From: Candidatus Latescibacterota bacterium
GTDB taxonomy: Bacteria > Latescibacterota > UBA2968 > GCA-2709665
Assembly: GCA_965219455.1 (NCBI GenBank)
Contig: OZ244744.1
Coordinates: forward strand, 4,928,001 to 4,992,000
Direction: 5' to 3'
Length of the DNA stretch: 64,000 nucleotides
A program made the translations under genes and the position numbers. This document shows positions 38,792-49,623 of this stretch, one piece after another. The notes under the pieces are model-generated. The model was not told the DNA's origin and made no database searches. It worked only from the letters and a program-made list of their open reading frames with translations. Each line of letters begins with the position of its first letter. The first letter of the stretch is position 1.

Positions 38792-38856
38792 TGTCCCGTC
38801 CCGGAAATATGTAACCATTCATCCGCTGGTTCATCCCATCTCGCTGCGTTCCCTTC
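38790..38856. mobile_element. Partial copy (left end) of the 34315 MITE
   Basis: (T)AGTGTCCCGTCCCGGAAATA...TTCATCCCATCTCGCTGCGTT. Confidence 0.7.
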
Positions 38857-39844
38857 ACCCGTCAGTCCCGCCTTCCAGGAGATGCACCCGCCGGCCCTGG
38901 GTCGCAGCCGTCTCCGCGCCCAGCCCGATGCGGATGGCGTTAAGAGCCGTGTCCAGGTCCAGTCGCCAATCAATCCTGACGCCGCGAATTTCCTCCAGAA
39001 AAAGGCCTTCCAGCGATATCTCCTGCCCGGTCGGCGGCAGTGAAATTTCCTTGCCGTCGGCGGACGAAATCCGCCAGCCCCCATCGCCTTGAAGCAGTGT
39101 GCCATCCTCCAACACCATCCGCTGGTACTGCTCCGCCGATCCGATTGAAATCCCGCCCGCCCACGTCCATTCGGCCGTGCCCCCGCCGGAAAATCCAACC
39201 ACGACCCGGTTGACGAAGCGTTCGTACGTTCCGGCGCTGTCCATTCCCTCGTAATGGGCGTACCCTTCCACCCAGGACGCTGGTCCGAACAGATCGACCA
39301 GCGGGTAGACGTGATAGACGAAGAACAGACTCGGCGGCCCCGACGCCTTGATGTTGAACAACACGTCCGGCCGCGCCCCTCTCCCCGGCGTCAGACGCGT
39401 GAACAGCGCCAGTAGCAGCCCTCCCAGCGAACCGACCGTCTCTTTGAGTTGCCTGTGCGCGCCCGACACCACTTCCGGATGGGCGACACGGAGAACGGTG
39501 CCCGACGCGCGCGCCAGGTTGGCCAGGGCGATCCCCTCGTTGACGTGTCGCGCTATCGGGTATTCCAGAAAGACGGGTTTGCCGGCCTCCAGGGCGGCCC
39601 TGGCGATGGGACCGTGGGTGTCGTTGTTGGTGCAGACCGCGACTGCGTCCACGTCGGACCGGTCGATCAGATCCTGCCAATCTCCCAGCAGCGGCAGTGC
39701 GTGGCGACCGGCCAGTTCGGCGCCCGTAAGCGAATTTCGTGCGGCCAATGCGGACAGCGTGCATCCCTGCATTTCCGCGAAAGCCCGCGCGCGGCTGTGC
39801 GCCATTCCGCCCGAACCGACCAACCCCAAACGAATCGAATCCAT
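38855..39844 (-). CDS. Gfo/Idh/MocA oxidoreductase
   Basis: LGLVGSGGMA, DVDAV.VCT.N..H, ALEAGKPVFLEYP. Confidence 0.88.
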   Translation of the reverse strand: MDSIRLGLVGSGGMAHSRARAFAEMQGCTLSALAARNSLTGAELAGRHALPLLGDWQDLIDRSDVDAVAVCTNNDTHGPIARAALEAGKPVFLEYPIARHVNEGIALANLARASGTVLRVAHPEVVSGAHRQLKETVGSLGGLLLALFTRLTPGRGARPDVLFNIKASGPPSLFFVYHVYPLVDLFGPASWVEGYAHYEGMDSAGTYERFVNRVVVGFSGGGTAEWTWAGGISIGSAEQYQRMVLEDGTLLQGDGGWRISSADGKEISLPPTGQEISLEGLFLEEIRGVRIDWRLDLDTALNAIRIGLGAETAATQGRRVHLLEGGTDG

Positions 39845-40011
39845 CGTTTCAAGTCCCCGCTATTCTGTGGTTAAGAGGGTTTCTCTTCAATGTTGAACCG
39901 CGCCCAAATCGACACCTCCCTGATGATAATTCGGACATATCTTCGAATCTATCTGGATGAATGCACTAAATCCGTCCGGGGAATCCGGTTAGATAAGATC
40001 GACCTTCCAGT

Positions 40012-41297
40012 TCAATACCTGCCGATCGCGCCGAAGTCAATCTCGATGATCCACTCTCGCTCACGCCCCACGAATTTGATGAATCCCGTTTTCTCCAAAC
40101 GGATTAGTTCACGCAAGAAGGTGCGCCTCGTTACGTCGCGATAGACCGCGGTGACATACGGCGCGCTCAGCAGTTCCGAAACCTTGATTTTTTTGGATGG
40201 TTCGTCTGCGAAGGGATCTACCGGCTCGGTCTCTTCCAGGAGAAAACAAAGCAGGCCGTATTCCCGCTGGTTGAGGACGCGTCGGCGTTCGCTCACTCGC
40301 TGATCCAGTGCTCTTGTCAGAGTCGTTCGGTAAATTACACGGTTCAGTTTCGTCTTGATAAAGTTGTTGATTCCCTTCAACTCGCTCGCAAAGCCCTCGA
40401 TGCCGAACGCAATGAAACCGCTCAAATCGAACGGCTGCGTCCTTCTTCCCTTTTGTAGCAATAGCATGTATTCACTTCCGTTTCGGTAGAAATAATTCGA
40501 CAGCCCGTAAAAGCCGTGGACATTGTAACCACCCTGAAACAGAATTCCAGCCTCCACAAGTCTCGAGACCCTACCATTTCCGTCACCGAACGGGTGTATC
40601 GTTACGAGAAAGAAGTGGGCCATGAGCGCACGGATGACCGGATGCTGCGCAGCCAGTTTGTTCGAGTTCACAAAAATCACGAATTCTTCCATAAGGCGTT
40701 GCACGTCTGCGGGGGGCGCTCCTCGATGCACGCCGCCCAGTGCTTTCGTTCCGACCACGACGGGGTGGGACCGCAACTCTCCCGGCACGTTGTCGTCTTC
40801 ATCGGAACCACGCGTGACCAGCCTGTGCATCTGCAAAATGTCAGAAAGCTGGAGAGGCCTGCTGCCTGGCGTGAACCGTTGCCGAACCCAGTCCTGGGCA
40901 AAGCCGGCGTTTCTCACCTGTTTTTCTTCCCTAGGAGTCTGCGCCGCAGAAAACTCACTATACTATATATAGTTAAAGAAGATATCTGAGGACACTATAT
41001 ATAGTATAGTGCGGTGCTCAAATCAGTTCTGGAGCGCAGGCTCCTAGACTGGGTTGAGGATTCGTCCGAGGTAACAGTCAACAGTCGACTTACTTCGGCT
41101 TCTGAAAGTGGATTGCCCTCAACTGCCGTAGTACCGTGAACGGCTCGCACACGGTTCAATTGGTCCAATTGTTCCTTCCAATCGGACGGGAGGACCAGAT
41201 TGAGGGCTGCTTCTTTGTAGGCTTCAATTTGAATTAGATCAGAGTACTGGTTTTCCAATGAAATCCGACAATCAAAGCCGAAAGTTCCCCAGTCCAA
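40012..41297 (-). pseudogene. Fic-domain protein with C-terminal HTH, interrupted by a MITE
   Basis: HPFGDGNGRVSR; TTAVEGN inhibitory-type motif; removing 40935-41047 restores STQSREEKQVRNAGF. Confidence 0.9.
40935..41043. mobile_element. 109-bp MITE with CTAG target duplication
   Basis: CTAG|GAGTCTGCGC...GCGCAGGCTC|CTAG; internal perfect 18-bp inverted repeat. Confidence 0.9.
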
Positions 41298-41308
41298 ATG
41301 ACCTCCTG

Positions 41309-41410
41309 ATTGACAAACTATTTGACAATAAATAATATGAAATAACTACCTATAAATATAATATATTCTACATATATTGCAAATTAAATTGACAACTATT
41401 TGACAATAAA
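41309..41410. promoter_or_regulatory. AT-rich region with two direct repeats, each holding two TTGACA boxes
   Basis: ATTGACA(A)ACTATTTGACAATAAA at 41309-41332 and 41388-41410. Confidence 0.55.
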
Positions 41411-41938
41411 ATAGAAGCAAGGGTTAATAGGTTTGCAGAAAGCCGTGAACGACTCAACATTCGCATTCACCTAAGTGGGGCTCAGTTTGGATGACGTAGT
41501 CCCACAAGCGGTCAATGGGGGAATTGGGAAATCTGAGTGGACTGGAGGAGGTCTCGCGGGTGATCACGGTACCTCACGCCAAATGAAAAGTGGGAAATCT
41601 GCAAGTACTACTTTCATATTTACCCGTAGAGGGTCAGCCAATATAAAAAACGCTTGTGCATCAACGTCTTCAACCGGCAGTTGATCCGTTCTCATATTCC
41701 TCGATACCGACAACCGGGCAATTACGCTATATTCGTCGTTCAAGCATTTGAAGCGAACCCGAAGTCTCCGGTTTTTCATCCTGTCCATCCTGTTTATCCA
41801 TGTTTCCCGTTCCCTGAAAAACCCCAACAATTGTGTTGCGGACACTTTTTTCGAGACGTATGTTTATACCCCGGTGATTGGAAAACAGTTCTAGCCGGGC
41901 GGCGAAAACACGATTCCGACATCGATTTATCGGAGAGT

Positions 41939-43906
41939 ATGGCCATGAATTCGATACAGGAGTATCCGGCGGGCGCGGATCAGATCGATCACGAGATGCC
42001 GCTGAGTTCATTCGACCCCGAACGGATCCTCGAAAAACTGGATCTGACATCGGTCGGGTTGGAAGCGGTGAAACGTGCGGCCGACTCCGGCGACAGGCCT
42101 GGCGCCCTCATGGCGCTGCGCGACTATTACCGGGCGAAATTTCCACTGGAGGAAGCCGGTAAAGCAGGTGATTTTTCAACGGCGGACAAAATCTGCGAGC
42201 GCATCATTCAGTGGGGACCCTACGAGGAAGCGCAATATGGCGACGACTTCGACTGGGAGTGGGACCCGCCGGGTGATATTGAATGGGTTGCGGCCGTGTA
42301 TCGCTTCTATTGGGCCGCACCGCTTGTGACGGCCTACGCGGCGACGCGAGATGAAAAATATGCGCAGGCAATCGTGGAACTTTCAACCGACTGGATTACG
42401 AAACATCCACTGGAAAATCACACCAGAACCCACCCCGTCTATAAATGGTGGAAGGGATTTGCATGGCTGGATCTCCAGACCGGGATCCGGGCTACCAATA
42501 TCTGTGCGGCATTTCGCGGCCTGGTGCACGCCGGGTCGTTTACGCCCGAGTTTCTCGGCCTGTTGATGGCGAGTCTGTATGACCACCAGACAAAAACAAC
42601 GCTTATTCCCATGGGGCTCATCCACAACAAGGCGGTGTTCGAACAACGTGGGTTTATCAATGTCGCCTACACGTTCAGCGAGTTCAGGGAGTCCCGCGAC
42701 TGGATGGAATTGGGGTTGGCGCGCACCGAGGAGAATATTCTTGCTCAGACAACCGCAGACGGCGTCCAGCGAGAGTGGTCGTTCGGGTATCACCAGGGCA
42801 TACTGCGGGACGCCGTGGAAATCTTCGGTCGAATGGACGCCTTCGGCATCGAAATCTCGCACGCATTCCGGGAACGCGTACGCAGAATGTACGACTACAT
42901 CTTCTGGATCGCGTCGCCCGACCTGACGCCGCCCATGTTTGGAGACGGTTCCCGTCCGTTGAAAACCACGGAAGACAGGACCAGGTGGCCGCTCTATGGC
43001 GAGCTTGTCGATGCAACGGAATTGCTGGGCGATCCCAAATACGCGGCCCGGGCGGAATTAAAACGCGAAGACCTGCCGGACCATAAGTGCCGGGCGTTCA
43101 AGGAGGCCGGCTTCTACGTGATGCGCAACGACTGGGGCCCCGATCAGATCCACATGGCGCTGCATTGTTCGCCACCCGCGATTTCAGGCCACGACCAGCC
43201 CGATAACGGGACGTTTGAATTGTACGCCTACGGACGCTGGTTGATGCCGGACACGGGCTTTTATACCTATGGCCGAGACAAGGAGGCCCGCGCCTGGCAC
43301 CGCCAGACCTCGGTACATCAGACCCTGACGCTGGACGGCGGAGATATCTCCGACGACGCGCACAGTCTGATGTGGATCTCTGAGGCGGTTGACTCGGACG
43401 TGCTGGTGGTTGAGAACGGGTCATATCCCGGCTTGGCTCACCGGCGTTCCGTCTGGTTCGTGGACCGGCGGATTTTCGTATTGCTGGACGAGGCGATCGG
43501 CAGCCCGCCCGGTCAACTCGATCTGCATTTCCAGTTTGCGCCCGGCGACGTCACGTTCGACGGCGAAGGAAACAGGGCGTTCACGCAATTCGAGGATGCG
43601 AACGTGCTGGTGCAGGCGGCGGCCGGTTGCCCTGCGTCGGTGGTTGAAGAAACCGGCTGGTTCGCGTGGGAATACGGCCATCGCACGCCCCGCAAGGCGT
43701 TTCGATACGCGCTGGAGAATCAGGCCCCCACGGTTTTTGCAACCGTGATCGTGCCCTATCGTGGAACGGAGGCGCCAGACGTTTCAGCGGAATTGCCCGC
43801 GGGGTTACGGGCGGGGGACGGCCGTGTCGAGATGACCGTCAACGCTTTGGGGAAATCATGGCGGGTGGGAAGAGACCTGGATTCGGGTGAGGGATGGGCG
43901 CGTTGA
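41939..43906 (+). CDS. Heparinase II/III-family protein
   Basis: DGVQRE.S.GYH, P.FGD, GFYVMR..W, H..PD.GTFEL, T..H.TLTLDG. Confidence 0.88.
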   Translation: MAMNSIQEYPAGADQIDHEMPLSSFDPERILEKLDLTSVGLEAVKRAADSGDRPGALMALRDYYRAKFPLEEAGKAGDFSTADKICERIIQWGPYEEAQYGDDFDWEWDPPGDIEWVAAVYRFYWAAPLVTAYAATRDEKYAQAIVELSTDWITKHPLENHTRTHPVYKWWKGFAWLDLQTGIRATNICAAFRGLVHAGSFTPEFLGLLMASLYDHQTKTTLIPMGLIHNKAVFEQRGFINVAYTFSEFRESRDWMELGLARTEENILAQTTADGVQREWSFGYHQGILRDAVEIFGRMDAFGIEISHAFRERVRRMYDYIFWIASPDLTPPMFGDGSRPLKTTEDRTRWPLYGELVDATELLGDPKYAARAELKREDLPDHKCRAFKEAGFYVMRNDWGPDQIHMALHCSPPAISGHDQPDNGTFELYAYGRWLMPDTGFYTYGRDKEARAWHRQTSVHQTLTLDGGDISDDAHSLMWISEAVDSDVLVVENGSYPGLAHRRSVWFVDRRIFVLLDEAIGSPPGQLDLHFQFAPGDVTFDGEGNRAFTQFEDANVLVQAAAGCPASVVEETGWFAWEYGHRTPRKAFRYALENQAPTVFATVIVPYRGTEAPDVSAELPAGLRAGDGRVEMTVNALGKSWRVGRDLDSGEGWAR

Positions 43907-44613
43907 CCGGCGGATTTCAGACGTTCGGGTCGCCGCACCTGATCGTGATGGCATTGACGCTGGTTCTGCCGGTCCTGCTTTCTTTGATCGCGAAACGGGC
44001 CGGCTCACGCGTCGCCACCGCCGTGGGCTTTGTGCTGGCGGGCGTCCTGCTTGGCAACGAACTGATCCACTGGGGTTTCCGGATCTCCGGGTACGGCCCC
44101 GGTGTCTTTCTGCGATACTTCCTTCCCCTCCACCTCTGCGGTGTCGCGATCTTCCTGACCTCCCTTACCCTGCTGTTTCGCAATCAAGAGTTCTATGAAG
44201 TCGCCTACTTCTGGGGTCTCGTCGGATCGGCGAACGCGGTTGTCACGCCTGGCAATCTGGATGTTGACTATCCGCAGTATCGGTTCTTCCAGTATTTCTT
44301 CTCACATTCGGGAATTGTTGCGGGGGTCCTGTACGCCACCTGGGGTCTGAAGATGCGGCCCACGCTCGGCGGACTCTTCCGGGCATTTGTCTGGCTGCAC
44401 GTGCTGGCGGCGATCGTCGCAGTTGTTAACTTGCTCTGCGGTTCGAATTACATGTATCTCTCGTCGCCTCCGTGGGGGACAGTATCACCCTTCTTTTTTC
44501 TGCCGTGGCCGTGGTACCTCGTCTTTCTCGACCTCTTCGGCCTGGCCATGTTCTTCCTCGTCTATTCGCCCTTTCCGATTGCCAGGTGGTGGAATTCCCG
44601 TCGAATGTCCTGA
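43894..44613 (+). CDS. TIGR02206/YwaF-like membrane protein
   Basis: F...HL, LPLHLC, NYMYL..PP, PWPWY. Confidence 0.85.
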   Translation: MGALTGGFQTFGSPHLIVMALTLVLPVLLSLIAKRAGSRVATAVGFVLAGVLLGNELIHWGFRISGYGPGVFLRYFLPLHLCGVAIFLTSLTLLFRNQEFYEVAYFWGLVGSANAVVTPGNLDVDYPQYRFFQYFFSHSGIVAGVLYATWGLKMRPTLGGLFRAFVWLHVLAAIVAVVNLLCGSNYMYLSSPPWGTVSPFFFLPWPWYLVFLDLFGLAMFFLVYSPFPIARWWNSRRMS

Positions 44614-44629
44614 CGTGAAGAAATGACCG

Positions 44630-44993
44630 GCCGCGGCGGCGTCCGTGTGACCATGAAATACGGCTTCAAGCAGGGCTTTGCCGCGGGGTGCGTCCGGTTC
44701 CGGCGCGTTGGGGTCGGCGCCGCGTTCGAGCAGCAGCTTCACGATTTCCCGATGGCCCCGGCGGGCTGGGTATAGTAGTGTACACAACGAACGAGGTCAG
44801 GGTTCCTATTCACGAGTTTCCGAATCGCTTCCTGGTCGCCCCGTATCGTTGCACGGAACATCGCCCAGACCTCCGGCCCTTTGCCCTTTGCCCATTCGAT
44901 ATACCCGGGATCCTCCAGCTCAGAAGGCTTGACCATCCGAGAAATCACCCAGTCGGCATGGGCGCTATCCGTTTTTTTGACATCGTTCGTCAT
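44630..44993 (-). pseudogene. Ankyrin-repeat gene remnant, paralog of the 36744 ankyrin part
   Basis: MFRATIRGD...PDLVRC...YYTQP, then a frameshift to RRGHREIVKLLLERGADPN. Confidence 0.7.
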
Positions 44994-45100
44994 TTGAGGT
45001 ATCCCTGCATGGCATCGCGATGCTCAACGGCAACACCGAAGAAGTGTCCGCTCGAGTTCGTTAACGCAGGATCCCTCACACCTGCAGCGGATTGGGCGGA

Positions 45101-45358
45101 AGATTCTTCGACTTCGCTCAGAATGACATGACTTACAATTACCATCGTCGAAATGTATCCATCACACGTCGGCGAAAACTGTCATCCTGAGGAAGCCGCC
45201 AGGCTGACGAAGGATCTCCTGCGGCTTCGGATGATGCCTGGGCGTTCTTGACTTGGCAAGACCTCACAGGCAGTACCTGCGCTCGCGCTTCAGGCGTAAA
45301 TAAGTGTGAGCACCCTGTGCCGCTCCCTGAGCGCGTGCCCTGAGCTTGTCGAAGGGTC
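45101..45358. repeat. Cluster of other REP-like elements
   Basis: AGATTCTTCGACTTCGCTCAGAATGACA (45101-45128), TGTCATCCTGAG...CGAAGGATCT (45180-45217), CCCTGAGCTTGTCGAAGGG (45338-45356). Confidence 0.65.
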
Positions 45359-45430
45359 GGCGCAGGGCTGATGTGGAGGCGGGAGGGGTCGCCGGCCGGA
45401 TGCACTATCCGAGAGTCATACGACGGACGG

Positions 45431-45958
45431 CTATGCTATCTCTACGGTTCGCAATTCAGGAATAAGCGTCCCGTGGGATGATAGTGTGACGTACCCCATG
45501 GAGACCGGAAGCCGAAAACGCCGGGGCCCGATGCTACCGGGATTCAGGCAGCGAACCGAACCCAGGGTGGTTATTTTCGGCATGTGAGAATGGCCGCACA
45601 CCACAAGATCGAAACCCGCGACGTCCGCATCGTCAAGGATGTGTGTCACGAGAATCCGCTGCCTTCCGGCGCACAGCACGAGTCTTTCGGGCAGGACGCT
45701 GCAGGGTGGATGCAGGTCGACGTTTCCGCGGACGGCGTATACCGGCGCGATCTGTTCCAATTGCTCCAGTACCGAAATCTTCCCCACGTCGCCGGCATGG
45801 ATAATCAGGCGGACGCCCTGCAGCAGTTCCAGTACCTGCGGCCTGATGAGTCCGTGGGAGTCGGAGACGACGCCGAGGCGATCGCCCGCGCGGAGTTTGG
45901 GATCGACGTCGGTGGAATAGGACATCGCGTGCACGCCTCTGATCATTTGCGCCTTCAC
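45431..45958 (-). CDS. YfcE-like metallophosphoesterase
   Basis: SDSHG, HAGD, VRGNVD, GHSH.P, NPGS. Confidence 0.88.
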   Translation of the reverse strand: MKAQMIRGVHAMSYSTDVDPKLRAGDRLGVVSDSHGLIRPQVLELLQGVRLIIHAGDVGKISVLEQLEQIAPVYAVRGNVDLHPPCSVLPERLVLCAGRQRILVTHILDDADVAGFDLVVCGHSHMPKITTLGSVRCLNPGSIGPRRFRLPVSMGYVTLSSHGTLIPELRTVEIA

Positions 45959-46077
45959 ACTGGACCCTATGCCTGTCTGTTGTCGAGAAAACTATGAGGC
46001 GGCCGGCCCTCTGTCCAGTTGAATTTTTACGTATCCTGGACGTCGCCTTCTTAAACGTCATTGCGAATTAAGGGAGA

Positions 46078-46833
46078 ATGAACACGATGCCCGATAACGC
46101 GCGCATGCAGAAGGCTCTGGAGGTTTTCGCCCGCGGCTATTGTTTTACAAAGAGTTTCACGCATCCCTACCTGGCAGGTCGGGAGGGCCCGATCTGGGTG
46201 GTCAGGGATGCTCCGAGAGAACGCGGCGCGTACCGTCGCGAGGAGTGGATCGCTCATGGCGTCGATGCTGGAGAGATCGACCGCGTGGCCAGGAAGAACA
46301 CCCGTGGGCAGTTCGGCATCTGTGCGATTTGCGCGACCGGGGAGTCCGACTCCGGAACGCGGGAGGAGTTCAGGGCGCTCAACTATCGTCTGAATACAAC
46401 AGAACCGGTCATGGTGCATCGTCTGCGCCGTATCCCACGCGTGGTGGACCCATTGCCCATCGAACGTGTTCTGACCGCCGAATTGGCGGACCGATTGAAC
46501 AAGACAACGCGGATCAGGCAAATTCTGCCGGAACATCTCTCTCCGGACGCACCGCTCAGGCAATATCTCGCACTCGAGAACGACGAACCCCTGGGATGGG
46601 TTCAAAGCATCGAAGTGGATTCGGCAACGTGGTGTTCGAACATGCACGTGGTGTCCGCCGCCCGGCGCCGTGGCATTGGAAGGGCGTTGATGTGCAGGAT
46701 GCTCCGCGATGACCGGTCAAATGGATCGCAAATGGCCGTCCTGACCGCGACCCATACGGGCGCATTGCTGTATACCTCAATCGGATACGAGCGGATCGGT
46801 ACCCTGCTCTTCTACACGCCAAAGAAGCGTTAG
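46078..46833 (+). CDS. GNAT-family acetyltransferase
   Basis: RRRGIGRALM, G..LY.SIGY. Confidence 0.85.
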   Translation: MNTMPDNARMQKALEVFARGYCFTKSFTHPYLAGREGPIWVVRDAPRERGAYRREEWIAHGVDAGEIDRVARKNTRGQFGICAICATGESDSGTREEFRALNYRLNTTEPVMVHRLRRIPRVVDPLPIERVLTAELADRLNKTTRIRQILPEHLSPDAPLRQYLALENDEPLGWVQSIEVDSATWCSNMHVVSAARRRGIGRALMCRMLRDDRSNGSQMAVLTATHTGALLYTSIGYERIGTLLFYTPKKR

Positions 46834-46923
46834 AAACCCCTGCCGCAGAACGTGGCCGAAGTCATCCAATATGGCGTCGCACATTCGCTTACGGTTGCCA
46901 CTCGACAGGAAGAAAGGACTGAA

Positions 46924-47463
46924 ATGTCAAGAGAACAAAGGATCGCTCAGCTTCTGGACGAGGCCTGGAAGACCAGGAGGGTTGCGGACTACGAACGGGG
47001 CAAACGGCTCGTGGACGAGGCGGCGAAACTGTGCGGCGAAGACGACCACGAATCCCTGGGAAGGGTCGCCCACGTCTACGGACAGTTCGAAAGGGACCAG
47101 GGGAACACCGAACGCGCCGTCCAACTGTATTTGGAAGGATACAACCACTACGTGGCCGCGAACCATGCCGAAAAGATGGCCCATTCGCTCCGCCACGTCG
47201 CGGACGTTCGCCGGGATCTTCCGGATTGGCACGGCGCGGAGCGGGATTACCGGTTGGCAATACAGATGTACCGAGATCTCGACCCAACGCCGATGCATTC
47301 GCTGGCAAATGCGCTCCGTGGCTTCGGCATGCTTCTGGAGCGTGTTGGGAAGAAAGAGGAGGCACCGCGCGTCTTCGAAGAAGCACACCGGTTATACCTG
47401 CAGGTTGGCAATGCCCCGGGCATTGAAGAGATGGGAAAGAAACTGAAGGATCTTCGGGGATAG
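46924..47463 (+). CDS. Tetratricopeptide-repeat protein
   Basis: Helical repeats (A..LY.E, A.RDY..AI..YR, LANALR). Confidence 0.75.
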   Translation: MSREQRIAQLLDEAWKTRRVADYERGKRLVDEAAKLCGEDDHESLGRVAHVYGQFERDQGNTERAVQLYLEGYNHYVAANHAEKMAHSLRHVADVRRDLPDWHGAERDYRLAIQMYRDLDPTPMHSLANALRGFGMLLERVGKKEEAPRVFEEAHRLYLQVGNAPGIEEMGKKLKDLRG

Positions 47464-47551
47464 GAAATCGCGGTCGCAGGATTTCCGTAATATGATATCG
47501 TCGCGCAAACCGGCAGTTTGCGCGACCTGACCAAGCGCCTTCACCTGGCAA

Positions 47552-48979
47552 CTACATCAACGTCTGTTTCCACGCGCCCTTCCGATAGCGAGCCCAGGCC
47601 AGAATGCCCTGTGCGGCCCCGCCGATAAACCAGGCGATCCAGATACCCACGGCATCCATATCCAACAGAAACGCCAGGACGTAGGAGAGGGGCAGCATGA
47701 GCAGCCACTGCGCCACAATCGTATAGTAGAGTAGAGGCCTGGTCTCGCCGCCGCCGGCCAGGACGCCCCCGGCGACGATGGACAACGCCGAAAAGACCTG
47801 GGCGACCGTAAAATACAGGAGCATAACGTATCCTATCTCGATGACTGCCTCGGAATCCGTGAACAGGTCGACGATCTCCCGGGCGAAGACGCAGATGACA
47901 ATTGCGCTCACGGTGATGAACGTCATGCCGAGCCGGATTGTGTTTGCTGCGAAGCGCTCGGCCTCGCGAATCTGCCTCGCGCCCAATCGTTGCCCGACCA
48001 GCGCGGTTGCCGATACGGAAAACGCCAGGGCCGGCATGATGCCGATCATTCGCATCTGTAAACCGATGGTCAGCGCAGCCGTTGCGGCGGTGGGCCGGCT
48101 CGTCCACCCCACCACGCGATAAATCAGAACGCGGGCGCCGTTTCGGAAAAACCCCTGAATGCCGGCGGGTACCCCGATCCGCATCATTCGCCCGATGATG
48201 TCCCGGTTGATGGGAAGGCGCCAATTCCACCGCATATGTACCCGAGAGCGGCCGGACGTAAGCAGTGAGACCCCGACGATGCAACCCACGGCCCGCGAGA
48301 CGATACTGCCGAATGCCGCTCCGGTCACCCCCAGTTGGGGCAGACCCCATGCACCGAAAATCAGGCCGTAGGTGAGTGGAATTTTCAGACAGATGATGAG
48401 ACACGAAATCTTCAACGGCGTCCGCGTATCCCCGGAGCCGCCGAATATTCCGCCGATGATGAAATTGGGCATCATGAAGACGATGCCGACAAAGTAGACG
48501 CGCAGGAACGGCACGGCGTGGGCGAGCACGTCTTGCTGCGCGCCAAGCAGGACCAGTGCCGGTCGGGCAATTAGGCTCCCGACAAAGGCCAGGACCGCCG
48601 ACAGCAGGATTCCCATGATGATGGCCTGTTGCGCCGTATGGCTGAGGTCGCCGTGTCGCCCTGCGCCGTAGAATTGCGCGACCAGGGTGCGGGACCCGGT
48701 GCTGACCGATATCGCCATGACCATCGTCACGAACAGGATCTGCCGGCTCAGGCCCACCGCCGATATCGCGGCCGGACCCAGTTGCCCCACCATGGAGATG
48801 TCGACAAGCCCCTCCATGGCGTCGAGCACCGACGCGACGACCACCGGCCATGCGATGGCCCAGACCTGGGGAAGCACCGGCGCCTCGCCGGAGGGGTTCG
48901 GATCGGGATGGGAGGGCGAAAGGGGGCGGGTCATGGAAGTGTTCGGTGTACACGGCGAGAGGTCACTGGAGGGATCCAT
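47552..48979 (-). CDS. MATE-family efflux transporter
   Basis: IAWP, D..MVGQLG, GDTRTPL, LGVTGAA; about 12 TM segments. Confidence 0.92.
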   Translation of the reverse strand: MDPSSDLSPCTPNTSMTRPLSPSHPDPNPSGEAPVLPQVWAIAWPVVVASVLDAMEGLVDISMVGQLGPAAISAVGLSRQILFVTMVMAISVSTGSRTLVAQFYGAGRHGDLSHTAQQAIIMGILLSAVLAFVGSLIARPALVLLGAQQDVLAHAVPFLRVYFVGIVFMMPNFIIGGIFGGSGDTRTPLKISCLIICLKIPLTYGLIFGAWGLPQLGVTGAAFGSIVSRAVGCIVGVSLLTSGRSRVHMRWNWRLPINRDIIGRMMRIGVPAGIQGFFRNGARVLIYRVVGWTSRPTAATAALTIGLQMRMIGIMPALAFSVSATALVGQRLGARQIREAERFAANTIRLGMTFITVSAIVICVFAREIVDLFTDSEAVIEIGYVMLLYFTVAQVFSALSIVAGGVLAGGGETRPLLYYTIVAQWLLMLPLSYVLAFLLDMDAVGIWIAWFIGGAAQGILAWARYRKGAWKQTLM

Positions 48980-49131
48980 TCGGCGTGCAACACGGGTTCA
49001 GGTGTGGGAATGACAAGGTTCAATGCATTTTCTCCGGTGATGTGTATGGGCTTCAATTTGTGCCGGAACCCTGTCTCTGAACCCCTGCGGTTCGAATCGG
49101 GCGCTTCGAGTCGTTTGTTCCGACTGGTCAC

Positions 49132-49623
49132 CTATTCGATTGCACTGTCCACGGCCTGCACGTGAATATCCACGTCAGGCCAGTTTTTTTTCAGGATTTC
49201 GATAATGTGATCTTTCGGTCCGAAAAAAAGCATGATCATATTCTCTGTAACGAAGTATTTCTCATGATGTTGCCCTCCATTGCGGGCGATCAATTCCCCG
49301 AGTTCTCCCGTGGGGCGGCTCCCGGTACCTGAAATAATATGTTCGAGGAAGTGCAGTTTGCCCTGCTCCCCTTCGGGTTCATCCGCATGACCCATCGCAT
49401 AGAACGTCTGATATTCGAAGGTGGGGATCGTCGGGTCTACCACGATGACGGCGTCGAGTCTGTCATTGATGGTATAGTGATGCGCGACGAGTGCGTCTGA
49501 CAGGGATTCCGATCCGACGAGCCGGTAGGCGAGGCACGTGTCCGTACATATGCAGAAGATTGTCGCCGTAAGCGCGAAGATTCTCAACGATTCTTGTGTT
49601 AACGGAGGTCGCGGGAGTGACAT
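49132..49623 (-). pseudogene. M16 peptidase remnant with large internal deletion
   Basis: LHFLEH (HxxEH) and NGG, then an abrupt jump to a C-terminal-like segment. Confidence 0.6.

Noticed and set aside
41654-41938. N-terminal extension of the heparinase-like ORF (likewise 29117-29233 for rhaA and 19131-19373)
   Set aside because: Non-conserved-looking sequence; downstream starts fit better.
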